Source: Trypanosoma brucei (Eukaryota). Taken from it: a DNA stretch of 64,000 bases. Every line of letters begins with the position of its first letter. Within the stretch, counting starts at the first letter, position 1. Position numbers and translations under genes: made by a program. The stretch lies in NCBI GenBank assembly GCA_000002445.1, contig CP000068.1:768001-832000 (forward strand), read 5' to 3'. A model generated the notes under the pieces. The model did no database searches, was not told the origin of the DNA, and was given only the letters and a program-made list of their open reading frames with translations. Of this stretch, positions 53,214 to 64,000 are shown one piece after another.

Positions 53214-54446
53214 ATGTCTGATTCTTCTCTGGTGTTCCTCATATTAAACTATGGGGCAGAAATGATATTTATTCTCGAAGCTCGCCTCAGCGCTCAGAAC
53301 GTTTCCGAAAAGACGGCTCGCATGGTCCTTCATGATGTCATAAAGCACATGTATAGTTCAGAGTTTATGGATGAGCTATTCCGACCTCAGATGCTCTACT
53401 CCTTCGCAGCAACAAGGGAGGTTTTCAAATCGTTGAGTCAAACCTCTGTTATGCAGTTGTCGCCGGCTTCAATGGCTAAACTCTTTGAGTTGATGACAAC
53501 GGGGTTAAAGTACAAAATATTTTCACTACGGCATCCACTCGAGCTGTTAGAGCTCACGTGGGCACATTTGGAAGAAGTAAAACGGATTGCTTCTCATGAA
53601 ACCCAATGTTTTGTTGATCCCATATTTTCTCGTGTAAACGACTTATTTCAGCAGCTCAACGTGGGGATGTTGGCGGAGGTTCGGAAAGATTTACTGAACT
53701 TTCTCGTAGGGCGTTGCACACCCGTGTCACTACTTTTAGAAAGTGGCGTGCAGGCTCAAAGCGGTTACTTTTACCTAAAGGAGGATAAAACCCTTCCTCC
53801 GCTTGTTGAATGTGAACCACCAGGTACCATTCGCTACTATGGTAATGGGAACCTTTTGGCTACCTGCACCTTCAAACACCGGGATGCCCACCTCCGGCAC
53901 CCGCTGGCGTTTCCGGTTGGACGGTGGGACCCTCGTAGTTCAACTGCGCCTCGTTTTACGAAGAGGAATGTCAACATGTACACTTCCAAGGACTTGGAAA
54001 CTAAAACTCAGAAACTAGCGCAGCCATCACAGAAGAGCGACGTTATTGCAGCGCATCCCGTAGGAACCAAACCCGAGGCCGTAAAGGCAGTTCAGCAAGA
54101 GATGAGCCAGTTGTTGCGTCTCGTTAGAGGTGAGTCGGAAAAACCACAGCATCTATTTAAACTAGCTTTGTGTTATGAATTTGAAGCAGAACATGGCACG
54201 CGAACTCCTACGACTGCTGAGGACGCCACTCTAAGTTGCAGTGGAACGGGCCCCCCGTCACCAAGAGCAAGTGACACCGCACCATCACTCCCTGTGAATC
54301 AAATGAGCAAAGCTGATGTGAGGAAAGAGAATGAGAAACTTTTTTCCCTAATGGGAGAACTAAACCTGGAGGAGGTTTCACGAAAAGGGGGACATAACTC
54401 CGTAGTGACTGGAGCTAACCTGCTGGACATTATGGATGAGGAGTGA
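53214..54446 (+). CDS. Hypothetical protein (~410 aa)
   Basis: A long ORF. The track starts at a TTG at 53157; the first in-frame ATG is 53214 (MSDSSLVFL...). I recognise no domain. Confidence 0.55.
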   Translation: MSDSSLVFLILNYGAEMIFILEARLSAQNVSEKTARMVLHDVIKHMYSSEFMDELFRPQMLYSFAATREVFKSLSQTSVMQLSPASMAKLFELMTTGLKYKIFSLRHPLELLELTWAHLEEVKRIASHETQCFVDPIFSRVNDLFQQLNVGMLAEVRKDLLNFLVGRCTPVSLLLESGVQAQSGYFYLKEDKTLPPLVECEPPGTIRYYGNGNLLATCTFKHRDAHLRHPLAFPVGRWDPRSSTAPRFTKRNVNMYTSKDLETKTQKLAQPSQKSDVIAAHPVGTKPEAVKAVQQEMSQLLRLVRGESEKPQHLFKLALCYEFEAEHGTRTPTTAEDATLSCSGTGPPSPRASDTAPSLPVNQMSKADVRKENEKLFSLMGELNLEEVSRKGGHNSVVTGANLLDIMDEE

Positions 54447-55008
54447 AACACAACAGGGTGTGCGTGGTTTTCGTTTTGCCCTCCTTCCCCCCTCCTTAAA
54501 ACATCTGCTTACAAATATGTGTTTGTCATTCTTGTTTTAGTGACAAATACGCGGATTGGAAAAAAAAAACGATTGTGTGCGATTGCAGACAGCAAACGAT
54601 AAAGGACAAAAGAAACACAAAAGGAAGAAGAGAGACGGGACTACTTTACCTGTCCGAATAGAACACACGAGTTGGTAGTACGATGCCGATAGAGAAATCT
54701 CACCCTTTTCCCCCTCCCTATTGTGCATTTAAATGCAAACCACTTGGGCATCGTTGCTCTGTATGTGAATAATCAGGTTCTGAGGAAGGAGCCTTTTTTA
54801 CCCTAACTTTTACCGTTTCTATATCACAGTCGTGCGTGATTTCATCCATTTGATCTTACATTTATTCAATACTTGTGACATGTGAGGCCTTTGTTGCATG
54901 TGGATTATATTGCAAATCTCGTAAACCCTTTTATAAATATTTGAACAACCGGTCGTAGATTCACTAAGAGACACAGATAGGGTAGGAAGGAGTAATAAGG
55001 AAACCGAG

Positions 55009-55977
55009 ATGCTTCGCCGGTTAGCATGCGGTGCTACTCCTATAGGAAGTAACACAGCTGCTGCCTCTGCTGCTGTGTCGGGGGTAATTTTGGCGTCCTG
55101 TACTATGAGGTTGTATCGCATCATTCCACATGTGTACAATGAAATAGAAGAACTGGCAGAGACACAGGAAGCAGGCCGCTGGCAAATTTCGCATCGGAAC
55201 TGCTTACAACAACCTTTGAAGAAGGCGGAGATTATGTGCGACAAGTTAAATCTTCGTGAAAGGCGACGCACGGGCAAACTACCGGAAAAGTCTGTGACAC
55301 GTCGCTTGAGTCAAACATACGCTGTGGATGGGAAAGAATACGAAAGCAAGTACAAGACAAAGATTATTAACATCACCGTCGTTGGTTTTGATGGACATCC
55401 ATACCACTTTCGCACATACCCGATGCCGGATGTCACACTCAACACATTAATTGACGGATCCGGTATGTGCCACGGATACGCGCATTACTGGGGAAAATGT
55501 AACAATCCCGACTGCGCAGACTGGAATCATGGCGATGGGTGTCTTGTAAATGTGGATATTGAAACTCTCGACCGCCTCCTTCCACCCAACCGGTGGGAGT
55601 ACACTTCGTTAACTAACTGGCGTTCGATGGATCGCGCTGACATTACATACAACACCCGCTTCAGCTGTCAGATCCCCGTCACTGAGGAACTGGATGGTGG
55701 TCTTTTCGCTTTAAAACAGTACTGGTCTCGGGCATTACGGGAGTCCGTCTCGGACTGGGGGCTCGTAGACGACATGGCGACGATTCATAGCGCCCGTAGT
55801 AGGAAAATTGAACCGTGGGCCCCACCCATCGAGGAGCCAACGAAAATAGACTTCCCCATCACTTTGGATATGTTGTGGGCGCAGAGTTACCAGGACATTC
55901 TCAAGGCCAAGTACCCTGATAGGAGGCGAAAGGATGGTTACCACACCAAACCTGAGATGTGGGCGGCGTATGTGTAA
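55009..55977 (+). CDS. Hypothetical protein (322 aa) with a Cys/His-rich segment
   Basis: An ATG ORF. It contains CHGYAHYWGKCNNPDCADWNHGDGC, a possible metal-binding cluster. I recognise no family. Confidence 0.55.
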   Translation: MLRRLACGATPIGSNTAAASAAVSGVILASCTMRLYRIIPHVYNEIEELAETQEAGRWQISHRNCLQQPLKKAEIMCDKLNLRERRRTGKLPEKSVTRRLSQTYAVDGKEYESKYKTKIINITVVGFDGHPYHFRTYPMPDVTLNTLIDGSGMCHGYAHYWGKCNNPDCADWNHGDGCLVNVDIETLDRLLPPNRWEYTSLTNWRSMDRADITYNTRFSCQIPVTEELDGGLFALKQYWSRALRESVSDWGLVDDMATIHSARSRKIEPWAPPIEEPTKIDFPITLDMLWAQSYQDILKAKYPDRRRKDGYHTKPEMWAAYV

Positions 55978-56466
55978 ACGCAACAGGAGAAAATGCGCAT
56001 GCTAAAGGGGCTCAGAGGTGAAAGGAATAAAGAAAGCAAGTACTTGTTGCATTTACTGTGGCATAGTGAAAGTGAACGTGCATTAGGTAGTGTGCGGAGA
56101 AGGAAGTGTAGGGAGATGGTGCGGAAGTAGGTGGTTGAGAAATCAGTAGCGTCAAACTTAGTAAAATATAGCGGCAGCACATGCGGAAGGATAGTTTGGG
56201 GGGTCTGTAGTGTTTTAGGCGATTCCTTCTTAAGTGTTTGAGTACAATTGCTTTCCCAATTTTGTTTTTGTGTGCCCGCGTCGTTTGAAAGACTCGGTGT
56301 TCACTAAATCAAAGGCATCGTCACAATCTTTGGTAGTTTTGTTCGTTCCCCCGGTTTTTCTCGGGGTGCCACGACTCACTCTCCATTCTTTTTTTTGTTT
56401 CTGCGCTTCGCTTGTTCATTCTCTTGTTATTGCGTCTTCTGATCGCTTCCGCACTCAGACACACCC

Positions 56467-56533
56467 CTGTTTTTTTTTTGCTTGTTTAAGACAATACGAA
56501 AGCTGAGGTAAAACAACAAGTCCCAATACCATA
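56467..56533 (+). promoter_or_regulatory. Polypyrimidine tract plus AG immediately upstream of the candidate 73-aa small ORF
   Basis: cccctgttttttttttgcttgtttaagacaatacgaaagctgaggtaaaacaacaagtcccaataccataATG. Confidence 0.4.
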
Positions 56534-56755
56534 ATGTCGAATCCTAACTTCTGGACAACTGTACTGAACTGGACCTTCGCGCGCGGTTACATCCGCATTC
56601 CAATCGTTTTTACGATTCCTATCGTCTTCAACAAGTACGCTTTGCATCAATTTGAGCCCCTCTTCCAGCAGTGGAACGCTGGGCACAACCAACGTGATAT
56701 ATGGGATCGTTTGGAGGGGAAGGTTGCACTGATGCTGGAAGAGGAAGCGGTATAA
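56534..56755 (+). CDS. Candidate small membrane protein (73 aa, one predicted TM)
   Basis: The ATG sits directly after a strong polyY tract plus AG (56467-56533: ccctgtttttttttttgcttgtttaag...ag). The hydrophobic stretch is FWTTVLNWTFARGYIRIPIVFTIPIVF. It lies in an otherwise empty 1.6 kb gap. This is speculative. Confidence 0.35.
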   Translation: MSNPNFWTTVLNWTFARGYIRIPIVFTIPIVFNKYALHQFEPLFQQWNAGHNQRDIWDRLEGKVALMLEEEAV

Positions 56756-57552
56756 TGTGACCACTAAGTTGCAATGTATGATGCAACTTATCTTGTCACA
56801 GCGTGAAGCGGCATAACGCGTGGAATGTATACATGTACATGCATGTTGCCTTGTTTACTAATATGACTGTTGAACCACCTTTAAAAATGTGTCAAGGTGG
56901 AGGGGGTGGGCTGGGTATTATAGTTGTCTCTGTGAGCTGTTTAATAGTAGGTTAGAAAAGAGCCGGAAGTCGGTCTAATGGCCCGAGCATCTGTATGCGC
57001 ATCGCGCAACTGACGCTTCATTACCATTATTATTATTATTGTTATTTTTTTCTTAGGAAGTACCGTCAGGTGGATATATATATACATGCGTATCCCTGTG
57101 TGTCGGTAACGGAAGGAAGAAGGGAAATCAAGTCAGATTCCTGTTGGCTTAACCCAACTTATTTTCGAACAAGGTGGTCCTTTTCGCTTGTATGTGTTTT
57201 TGTTGTCTCTTTTCCTGTAGTCTTCATGTGTTTTTTTTTAATCCAGAAGCTTCTTTTGGAAGCACTACAGGACGGTGTCACGTCCTTGCCCTAATTGCAT
57301 TATGCTTGCCTTTTTAATTTGCTTCTTTATACTTCAATTCTAGAGAAGATAAAACGAAACGCACTGTGCATACGTATATTACAAAATTTTGTAAAGAAGG
57401 TGGGAAGGAGGGTACAGCGAAGGATAAAAAAAATAAAGAAGGGGAAATCACAGCTTTAAAAGAGGAACATATAATATTAGTAATATTAATAATCATAAGT
57501 CAGGGAGCAACCTTGTACACAATCAGCGCAGGAAGTCCTTCAATACATAGCC

Positions 57553-59643
57553 ATGGAGGACGATGGCTTGATGTCGAACATCATCATTGTAAATGGCCTC
57601 CCGGCGAGAGTTACACCGGAGAAGCGTGCCATGTTCTTGCGTCACATGACGAAGAAAGTTTCCGACGTCCTTGGTCACGATAAATTCACAATCCATCCCG
57701 TCCTTGATGAGGAAACGGAGCACGTTGCTGGAGCCTTTCTCACTTTCGCTACGGTGAATAGCGCGGAGGATGCTCTCGCCCGCCTAAATCGCTTTCCCTT
57801 TACAAAGACCGATATTCTCTCGACATATAGGTGGTGCGCGCTTAAGGCAGCGAGTGAACCGCCGGAGGAGTACAAACCGCCAGAGATGGAGCAGGACACC
57901 GATGCGGATTTTGCTCACACAATGGCGGAAGACTCCATGGCGCGCCCGCAGTTCTTCATTAAGCAGGGCGAGTCCTTCGATGTAGAGTGGTATTGGTTTA
58001 ACTACACTACACTAAAGGCTGAATTATACCGCAAGCCCCGCCCCCTCAAGACAGATTCTGTTGGACAGTGGACGGAGATGGACCGTCGACAGAAGAGACT
58101 TGACCCCGGTCTTGTGTACGGCGCCTTGACGTCTGTTCGGCCGATGCCTGCATGGTCGACATTCGGTCGGATTATGGTTTCGCAGCATATGGGTGGCCTG
58201 AAACTGTGGGGTGGGCGCAAGATGCATATGTTATTCGAGGTTACTGAGCTTGATATCAAGGCCTTTTACATTTCTCCACAGGAAAAATACCTTGTAGTAA
58301 AGTCACCAAAGGAGGTGAGCGTATGGAATATCCGTTTATCAAAAAAGATTCGCGTACTGGGCGGTCTCGATCTTGCCGACTCAGATAAGTGGCCCATTGC
58401 CCGCTACAATGCGGAGGATGAGCTTGTCGCTATCTCGCATGCCTGTTTGGAGCCAATGGGACAAGGTAAATTATTTTTGTATCGAGCTGAGACAATGCGA
58501 GCTCTCCAGGTGGAGTCCAACAGTGAAACACCGGTGCATTCTTTGGTCATTCCCGGACTGAAGGTGGCCGAATGGAATCCGGCAGTCGGCAATCAGATGG
58601 CCATTCTAGTCCAAGGAGGCTCCAGTGAGGGATGGAAGATCATCATTCAAAACCTCGTTGTGAAGGATGACGTTGTGCGTGCGGAGGTAATTGAGCAGCG
58701 AAACTTCTTGCAAGCACAGCGACTTGACCTCCTATGGCACCCGCAAGGCACCCATTTGGTTGTCAAAGTAACGAAAACGAATTCAACAGAGTATTCGATT
58801 TTTTCTGTTGGTGTGAAAAGTGCTGCTGCTTACCAACTGAAGGTGGAGAACGGCTTAACTCCTGGACGTTTTGCTTGGAAACCAAGCGGCCCTCACTTCG
58901 CTGTTATATGCGAGGACCGTGCAAGGACGGGAAAGTTGGGTGACACCTCGGAAATTCGAATTTACTGCATAAAGAAACAGCTGAAACTTATTGGTCATTA
59001 TCCAACATCCGCAACCCACCTCTTCTGGGCACCGCGTGGTTCTCGTTTGGTTGCAACGAACTACGACAAATCAACGTTGCACTTCTACGGTATTAATGAT
59101 AGTGGCGCTTGCGTCCAACTCGAGCGAGTGACTTCACCCGTCACAGATACCGCGTGGGACCCAACTGGGCGATTCTACGCGGCGTGGGTGTCTGCGTTGC
59201 GGAACTCTGGCGATAACCAGTTCCGTATTTTTGATCTCAATGGTAGGGAACTCATGCAGAAGTCAGTGCGCCAACTTTCGCATTTTGCATGGCGGCCGCT
59301 CGCCCCCCCGGTGTTAACGGCAGCAGAGATCAAACACATACAAGATAATCTTCGAGAATACAGTCAACGATATCAAAACGAGGTTAAGGAACAAAAGGAA
59401 CGTGAAGAGGCGGAACTTCAGAGTAAAGAGCGCGAAAAGGAGGAACAATACAAGAAGCGCATGAAGGGGATTGCACGGCATCATGCCGATAAGGGACTAG
59501 CCCGTACACGTGAAGAGTTGATTGCCTCTTCGCGGTGGAGCCGTTTATGGGCGCGCCGCATGAAGAGCCTTCCACCAGAGGAGATGATTCTTCATGAGGT
59601 TGTCACGGAGGAGCGCATCGAGCGCCGGCGCCCGCTAAATTAG
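57553..59643 (+). CDS. Translation initiation factor eIF3 subunit b-like: N-terminal RRM, eIF2A-type beta-propeller, C-terminal charged coiled coil
   Basis: The RRM reads IIIVNGLPARVTPEKRAMFLRHMTKKVSDVLG...GAFLTFATVNSAEDALARLNRFPF. WD/eIF2A-domain hallmarks follow (GRFAWKPSGPHFAVI, LFWAPRGSRLVATN, WDPTGRFYAAWVS). The tail is KE-rich. The size of 696 aa is typical of eIF3b. Confidence 0.65.
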   Translation: MEDDGLMSNIIIVNGLPARVTPEKRAMFLRHMTKKVSDVLGHDKFTIHPVLDEETEHVAGAFLTFATVNSAEDALARLNRFPFTKTDILSTYRWCALKAASEPPEEYKPPEMEQDTDADFAHTMAEDSMARPQFFIKQGESFDVEWYWFNYTTLKAELYRKPRPLKTDSVGQWTEMDRRQKRLDPGLVYGALTSVRPMPAWSTFGRIMVSQHMGGLKLWGGRKMHMLFEVTELDIKAFYISPQEKYLVVKSPKEVSVWNIRLSKKIRVLGGLDLADSDKWPIARYNAEDELVAISHACLEPMGQGKLFLYRAETMRALQVESNSETPVHSLVIPGLKVAEWNPAVGNQMAILVQGGSSEGWKIIIQNLVVKDDVVRAEVIEQRNFLQAQRLDLLWHPQGTHLVVKVTKTNSTEYSIFSVGVKSAAAYQLKVENGLTPGRFAWKPSGPHFAVICEDRARTGKLGDTSEIRIYCIKKQLKLIGHYPTSATHLFWAPRGSRLVATNYDKSTLHFYGINDSGACVQLERVTSPVTDTAWDPTGRFYAAWVSALRNSGDNQFRIFDLNGRELMQKSVRQLSHFAWRPLAPPVLTAAEIKHIQDNLREYSQRYQNEVKEQKEREEAELQSKEREKEEQYKKRMKGIARHHADKGLARTREELIASSRWSRLWARRMKSLPPEEMILHEVVTEERIERRRPLN

Positions 59644-60334
59644 GTTGTGAAAGAAGGTGATGATATCGATGCGTTGGTGATGAGTCGTACCGGTGTCAGT
59701 GGATATATTTTTTAAAAAAAACCAACAACAGAGAATAAAGAAAAAAAGAATGCAAATAACTGAAGATTTTTTTAAAAGGAAGAGAAGGTGTAGGAGGTGA
59801 CGAGTAAACCCTATATAAAAAAATATGAGACTGAAGGTAGGATGAGGTATAGGCTTGTGCAAGAGCATCCCGGTACGCTCATCTGACAGCAAACAACCGA
59901 GGCAACGCTACTTCGTCGTGTGAATGCAGGCATAAATTTCACTACACCATGGAGCTATTCACTTTTTTATCCCTTTTGTTCTCTAACTGTGTCGCAGAGT
60001 TGTTATTGTTGTTCGGCAGATGGGGTGAAGGAGGCGTGTAAAAAGTGTAAGAGGCAAGAGAAATGAAGCGGTACGTACATTCGGTGATTGTGAAGGATGA
60101 TACGTATGCTTGTATGCCTTTCAATTTTTTTATCAAATAGGGGCGGAGACATGGTTTCACTCAACAATCTTTGTGGGAGTAAAATCCTTTTAAAATGGCG
60201 GATGGCTGTCGGAGTGTTTGCATTTTCGTCTCATCGCCCTCCCTTTGCGATGCAATCTCACCACAACACTTGATAACCGTTTTGGAGGGGAGGAAAAGAG
60301 AATATCCTGGCGCTTGCGTACGGTTACGGAGGTT

Positions 60335-61498
60335 ATGATAGCAGCTGAGGTAGCGCTTTCTTCCATACCTTCTCTCAAATTGTGCCCTGTTACTGTGTTA
60401 CTTGTGTTTGTGACATCTATGCCCACGTACGCCCTTTATATTAATGTGAGAAGCTTATGGATTTTTTTTTGTTTTATTCAACAGCAACAACAAAACCCTA
60501 GTATAAGCGTTTGGTTTTCCAGTTTCTTTGAGACCTTTATTTTGATTGAACGCGCACATAATTTTTTAGAGTACATCTACATATCTATCTACGCACGACT
60601 TCATGAGCGCATGGCAGTAATGAGGTGTATCTTGCGAATTCATGTTACCGATGGAATTAGCACGCGCTGCTTAGCGTATCGGGCTTCATTTCTCTGCGTA
60701 AAGAGGGCTCATTCCAACTTCAGAACTGGACAAGAAGATCAGTACACAACGAAACGGTCGGAAGACGAAAGCTTCGGTGAAGGGGATTCTCATTACCCTT
60801 CAAAAGATCGTACAACTACTTCTCCCACTTCATCTCAGGGCTCTTCAGATACTCATGAACACACCGCTGCCTCATCTGCTGAGGAGAAACTTTCATCTGC
60901 CAGTCGTGGTGCGAGGGATGACATCAGTCACCAGGAGCTGGAACCCATGCGTTGGCCACAAGAGGCCCCCGGCTCCCCAGCGCTTACGGAACCCATCATT
61001 GACGAGAAGGGACAGTTTATTGTTTCACGCATACAGTGGCCTACAGGTGAGTTGGCGTATGCAACACCGCCTCCACCTGACACGCGGGTTGCCCCTCGTT
61101 TTGGGTATAATGTCGTACAGGTAAAGAAGCATGTGTCGTGGTGGAAGCACTACCAGCAGCACCCCCGCATATCTGTTGCGTACATTAATATTCAACTTCT
61201 CTTCCTCCTTGGAGCCGCATGGTTAATGGCATTTCTCGTGGAGGAGTACCGACGTGTCACCGATGAATTGCGGACGCCGGGAGCAATGGTCGGGGAGCAC
61301 AGGGGCAGGGGCCCGGTTGAAAAGGGAAAGCAGAAAATATCCTTCACAAATGACGAAATGACATCACTAATTGGCCGTGCGCAGGACAACTGGATGGACG
61401 CTCGGGCGGAGGCAAACTACATTGGATCAAAAGATTACACAATGAAGAAGATACCGCGACCGAAAGAGTTTTCAGTTGATGACTTCCGTAAGCGCTAA
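60335..61498 (+). CDS. Hypothetical protein with one TM segment. The start is uncertain: alternative ATGs lie at 60611 and 60620.
   Basis: The track ORF begins at a TTG at 60218. In-frame ATGs lie at 60335, 60611 and 60620. A polyY tract plus AG at about 60462-60484 suggests the mature mRNA may begin after 60484, which favours 60611. The TM is ISVAYINIQLLFLLGAAWLMAFLV. Confidence 0.4.
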   Translation: MIAAEVALSSIPSLKLCPVTVLLVFVTSMPTYALYINVRSLWIFFCFIQQQQQNPSISVWFSSFFETFILIERAHNFLEYIYISIYARLHERMAVMRCILRIHVTDGISTRCLAYRASFLCVKRAHSNFRTGQEDQYTTKRSEDESFGEGDSHYPSKDRTTTSPTSSQGSSDTHEHTAASSAEEKLSSASRGARDDISHQELEPMRWPQEAPGSPALTEPIIDEKGQFIVSRIQWPTGELAYATPPPPDTRVAPRFGYNVVQVKKHVSWWKHYQQHPRISVAYINIQLLFLLGAAWLMAFLVEEYRRVTDELRTPGAMVGEHRGRGPVEKGKQKISFTNDEMTSLIGRAQDNWMDARAEANYIGSKDYTMKKIPRPKEFSVDDFRKR

Positions 61499-62795
61499 AT
61501 CAAAGGAATAATGGGAAGGAGGAAGTTGAAAACGTGTTCGTGACAGTTATGTAAAATTTATAGGGAATTAGAACTCATGATGCCGCGGGCGGTGGTTGCG
61601 CGATAAGGGAAGAACTGACTATACGTGGTTACCAGCTAACGAAATGGTGAAAAGTGACTATTTGAGGAGTTAACAAAAGCGAGCGTACGCAAATTTCAGT
61701 GACGTCGGAGAAGCAGTGGTCACATCGGGAAAGACATGTAATATTACCGTGTGTGTGAGCGGAGGTGGTGGTGGGGCTACAGAACGACACACGAATATCC
61801 ACAGTAGTTGTTCCTGGGAGGCTAAACGTATTTCCTTTTCTCCTTGGGACTATAACGAAAGTCCGTATCGAATGTATTATTGTTACTACTATGATCATTA
61901 ATTCATTATGAAGTTGACGGACATCTTGAACACATACCGGCGCTGCAATGACAAAAATTTTGTAATTATGGGGGATAGGGTTACTTTCAGCTGTGGTTGT
62001 GCCGTACTGCTACATGTCTTTATCGTTTTTCACAGGGTATGTTGCAGAATAGTTTGAACGGTTAATTCAAATGTGGAAGATTTGTTTATCTACTACTACT
62101 GTTTTTTATTATATTTATTATTTATTTCGATATTTTAACATTTCTTTCTTCTATTTTTTTTTTCGTTAGCTCGTTATGCCTTCACGGGTGATGACTTAAG
62201 CTTGGTGTTAAGAGGAAGTGACGTTAAACACATAATAACTGCGCGAAAGACATTGAGACATGTTGAAGAAAGGTTAGCCGAGCCGCTTGCCCTCTCCCGC
62301 CCCCCCCCCGGACAATCATATCGCGCGCAGTTATTAAAAGAAAAAGAATTTAAAATATTAACAAATATTGAGCGCACGTTTTAGATCCGTTGAACATACT
62401 TGCTTTGGCTTATGGTACCAGCGAAAAACGCAGAGAAAGCAGAGGTGTTTGTCAACTTCGTCGGTAACAAAACCATTTTTTGGAGGTCAATGCGAAAATA
62501 ACTTTATTTTCATGTGAAAAAGTTTCTGATAATAGCCAAAGTACTTTCCTCACCAACGCGTCGCACTTTTATGTGCCTTCCACGAGGAAAAAAAAAAGAA
62601 CAATAATAAATGAGAACTTGTTTCGACTCGTATTTCTCTGTGATTCACTTCCCACTTGTTATTCCTTTCTTCCCTACAACTCTTTCTGAAACTCTCATTA
62701 ATTACGCCAAATTTGTTTCATAAAGGGGACTAAGGGTGATTAAAAGAACTTAGCGAGGAGCGAGTTGTTGAAATAATAAAATCACCACTTTTGAC

Positions 62796-63593
62796 ATGAA
62801 ACGAGAGCGAGGTGGAAGAGCGGACCCTTTTGAGTTTGTAACATACTCCGGAGAGGAGATTAAAGAGTCGAGTAGCGAAGAAAGGGTTAAGGAGGGGGCG
62901 AATAAAAGTTCACCTACACGAACTCGAATTCTTTCCGTTGCATTGTCACCAGCGGAAAGGGCCATCTTCGACGTGCCAATTGAAAACTGGCTTTCCATCG
63001 ATCGTAGTAGTCTTAGCGGTTGGAAATGCGCTGTGCCGCGACCTGTCACTATCGAGCAACTTCGTCCAGTGGATCCGTCTGATGCTATTCTACGTCACAT
63101 TGCACTTTATCGCGGACCAGTCACAGATTTACAGCTTGATGCTATAGTTAATGCCGCAAACACACGATGCCTTGGCGGCGGTGGCGTTGATGGTGCTATT
63201 CATAGGGTTGCAGGACCGTTGCTGCTCCGTGAGTGTGCAACTTTCAATGGTTGCCAAACAGGGGAATGCAGGTTAACAAAGGGGTATCAACTACCAGCGC
63301 GCTACGTTTTGCATACCGTTGGACCGGTGGGTGAGAAACCAGATATGCTCCGTAAATGTTATCGTTCGATTCTTTCATTAGCGTTGAAAAATGGGTTACG
63401 CAGCATCGGTTTCTGCTGCGTCAGTACTGGCGTATACGGATATCCACTTCTACCTGCAACCCGGATAGCGCTAGGGGAGACGAGGAAGTTTTTGGAAGAG
63501 CACGGAGGTGCACTAGATATGTGTTGCTTCGCGTGTTTTCAGGAAGACGAATACAAAACCTATGAAAAATGCGTTGGGAGGAGCAGTCTCTAA
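62796..63593 (+). CDS. Macro-domain protein (MacroD-like ADP-ribose binding/hydrolase)
   Basis: LYRGPVTDLQLDAIVNAANTRCLGGGGVDGAIHRVAGPLLLRECATFNGCQTGECRLTKGYQLPARYVLHTVGPV matches the macro-domain core (NAAN...GGGGVDGAIHRAAG...G.A..T.GY.LPAKYVIHTVGP). Confidence 0.85.
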   Translation: MKRERGGRADPFEFVTYSGEEIKESSSEERVKEGANKSSPTRTRILSVALSPAERAIFDVPIENWLSIDRSSLSGWKCAVPRPVTIEQLRPVDPSDAILRHIALYRGPVTDLQLDAIVNAANTRCLGGGGVDGAIHRVAGPLLLRECATFNGCQTGECRLTKGYQLPARYVLHTVGPVGEKPDMLRKCYRSILSLALKNGLRSIGFCCVSTGVYGYPLLPATRIALGETRKFLEEHGGALDMCCFACFQEDEYKTYEKCVGRSSL

Positions 63594-64000
63594 TGCTTGC
63601 TTCCAACATGCAGGGAAGCAACTTACGGGCGTTCTTCTTGCTTATTCGCATGCATTTTGTAGGTGATCCCTTCAAAGAGGTTTTAACAAGGAAAACGATG
63701 TAGGATTGTCCCCTTTGTTTCCTCTTCTTTTTTGAAATTATGCATAGCATGTGTGAAACAAACAATTGATGCCGGAATAACAGTATTTGTATCACGAACT
63801 ACTTCAGACGTCACAGCGTGCGCACATTAGTATACGCATGCATTTGTTCATAATATCTCTGCCTGATTTTTCCCCCACTGTTCTGTAGATGGAAAGGGCC
63901 GTAGAGGGTAGGACTGGGAATGTGCCACCGTCTCGTCCTTCCACTTCCTCCTTCGTTCCTTTGCGTCCCGTCCGTTGTTGAAGGCTACGGGGTTTTTGAT

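Noticed and set aside
5381-60220. GTG/TTG-initiated N-terminal extensions in the ORF track at 5381, 18374, 32132, 33469, 35546, 53157 and 60218
   Set aside because: Trypanosomatid nuclear genes initiate at ATG. The extensions were trimmed to the first in-frame ATG. The GTG at 18374 and the TTG at 33469 are continuations of frameshifted genes and not starts.
1-64000. Possibility that NSUN m5C methyltransferase, NAT10 ac4C acetyltransferase, XRN exonuclease, eIF3b and the macro-domain protein form a functional RNA-modification 'system'
   Set aside because: The window is a kinetoplastid polycistron. Gene order in these units is not functionally organised, and the genes are interspersed with unrelated ones (kinesin, MATE, CEP164-like, transporters). 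The co-occurrence is most likely chance.
1-64000. Prokaryotic features: CRISPR arrays, defence islands, operons, integrases/transposases, sigma-70 promoters, Shine-Dalgarno sites
   Set aside because: None are present. The repeats are simple microsatellites or homopolymers with no spacer/repeat periodicity. Coding is unidirectional with long eukaryote-type multi-domain proteins and polyY/AG trans-splicing contexts.

Overview
This window reads as a kinetoplastid nuclear chromosome segment, most like Trypanosoma brucei-group DNA. It is not bacterial. I can support about 19 protein-coding genes, all on the + strand, with no strand switch. That is the signature of one unidirectional polycistronic transcription unit. 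Only low-complexity or antisense shadow ORFs appear on the - strand. Intergenic regions carry polypyrimidine tracts followed by AG just upstream of each ATG (trans-splicing acceptor context), plus many (TA)n, (GT)n and (CT)n microsatellites and poly-A/poly-T runs. I found no tRNA, rRNA, CRISPR array or prokaryote-type element.

Products I can name from sequence motifs alone:
- A kinesin with armadillo repeats and calpain domain-III-like modules, cut off at the 5' edge of the window.
- A NOL1/NOP2/Sun RNA m5C methyltransferase.
- A MATE efflux transporter.
- A CEP164-like protein with a WW domain followed by long coiled coil.
- An XRN 5'-3' exoribonuclease with a C-terminal RanBP2-type zinc finger.
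- A polytopic cation/proton-antiporter-like membrane protein.
- A large P-type-ATPase-like membrane protein whose catalytic motifs are degenerate.
- A TPR protein resembling TTC27.
- A NAT10/Kre33 RNA cytidine acetyltransferase.
- An eIF3b-like protein with an RRM and an eIF2A-type beta-propeller.
- A macro-domain protein.
- Several hypothetical proteins.

The points most worth a second look:
1. The XRN gene and the antiporter-like gene are each split into two reading frames by an apparent single frameshift.
2. The P-type-ATPase-like protein keeps the fold but has lost canonical phosphorylation and Mg-binding residues (a pseudo-ATPase).
3. A 111-bp direct repeat, about 97% identical, sits in the 5' flank of both the MATE gene and the CEP164-like gene.
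4. There is an unusually long low-complexity region of about 4.3 kb (27.9-32.1 kb), rich in homopolymers and GT runs, with no credible ORF.

The ORF track accepts GTG/TTG as starts, so I moved several gene starts to the first in-frame ATG. Gene order in trypanosomatid polycistrons is not functional, so the RNA-modification, RNA-decay and translation genes lying near each other is not evidence of a system. I found no novel defence-like or operon-like system and do not claim one.
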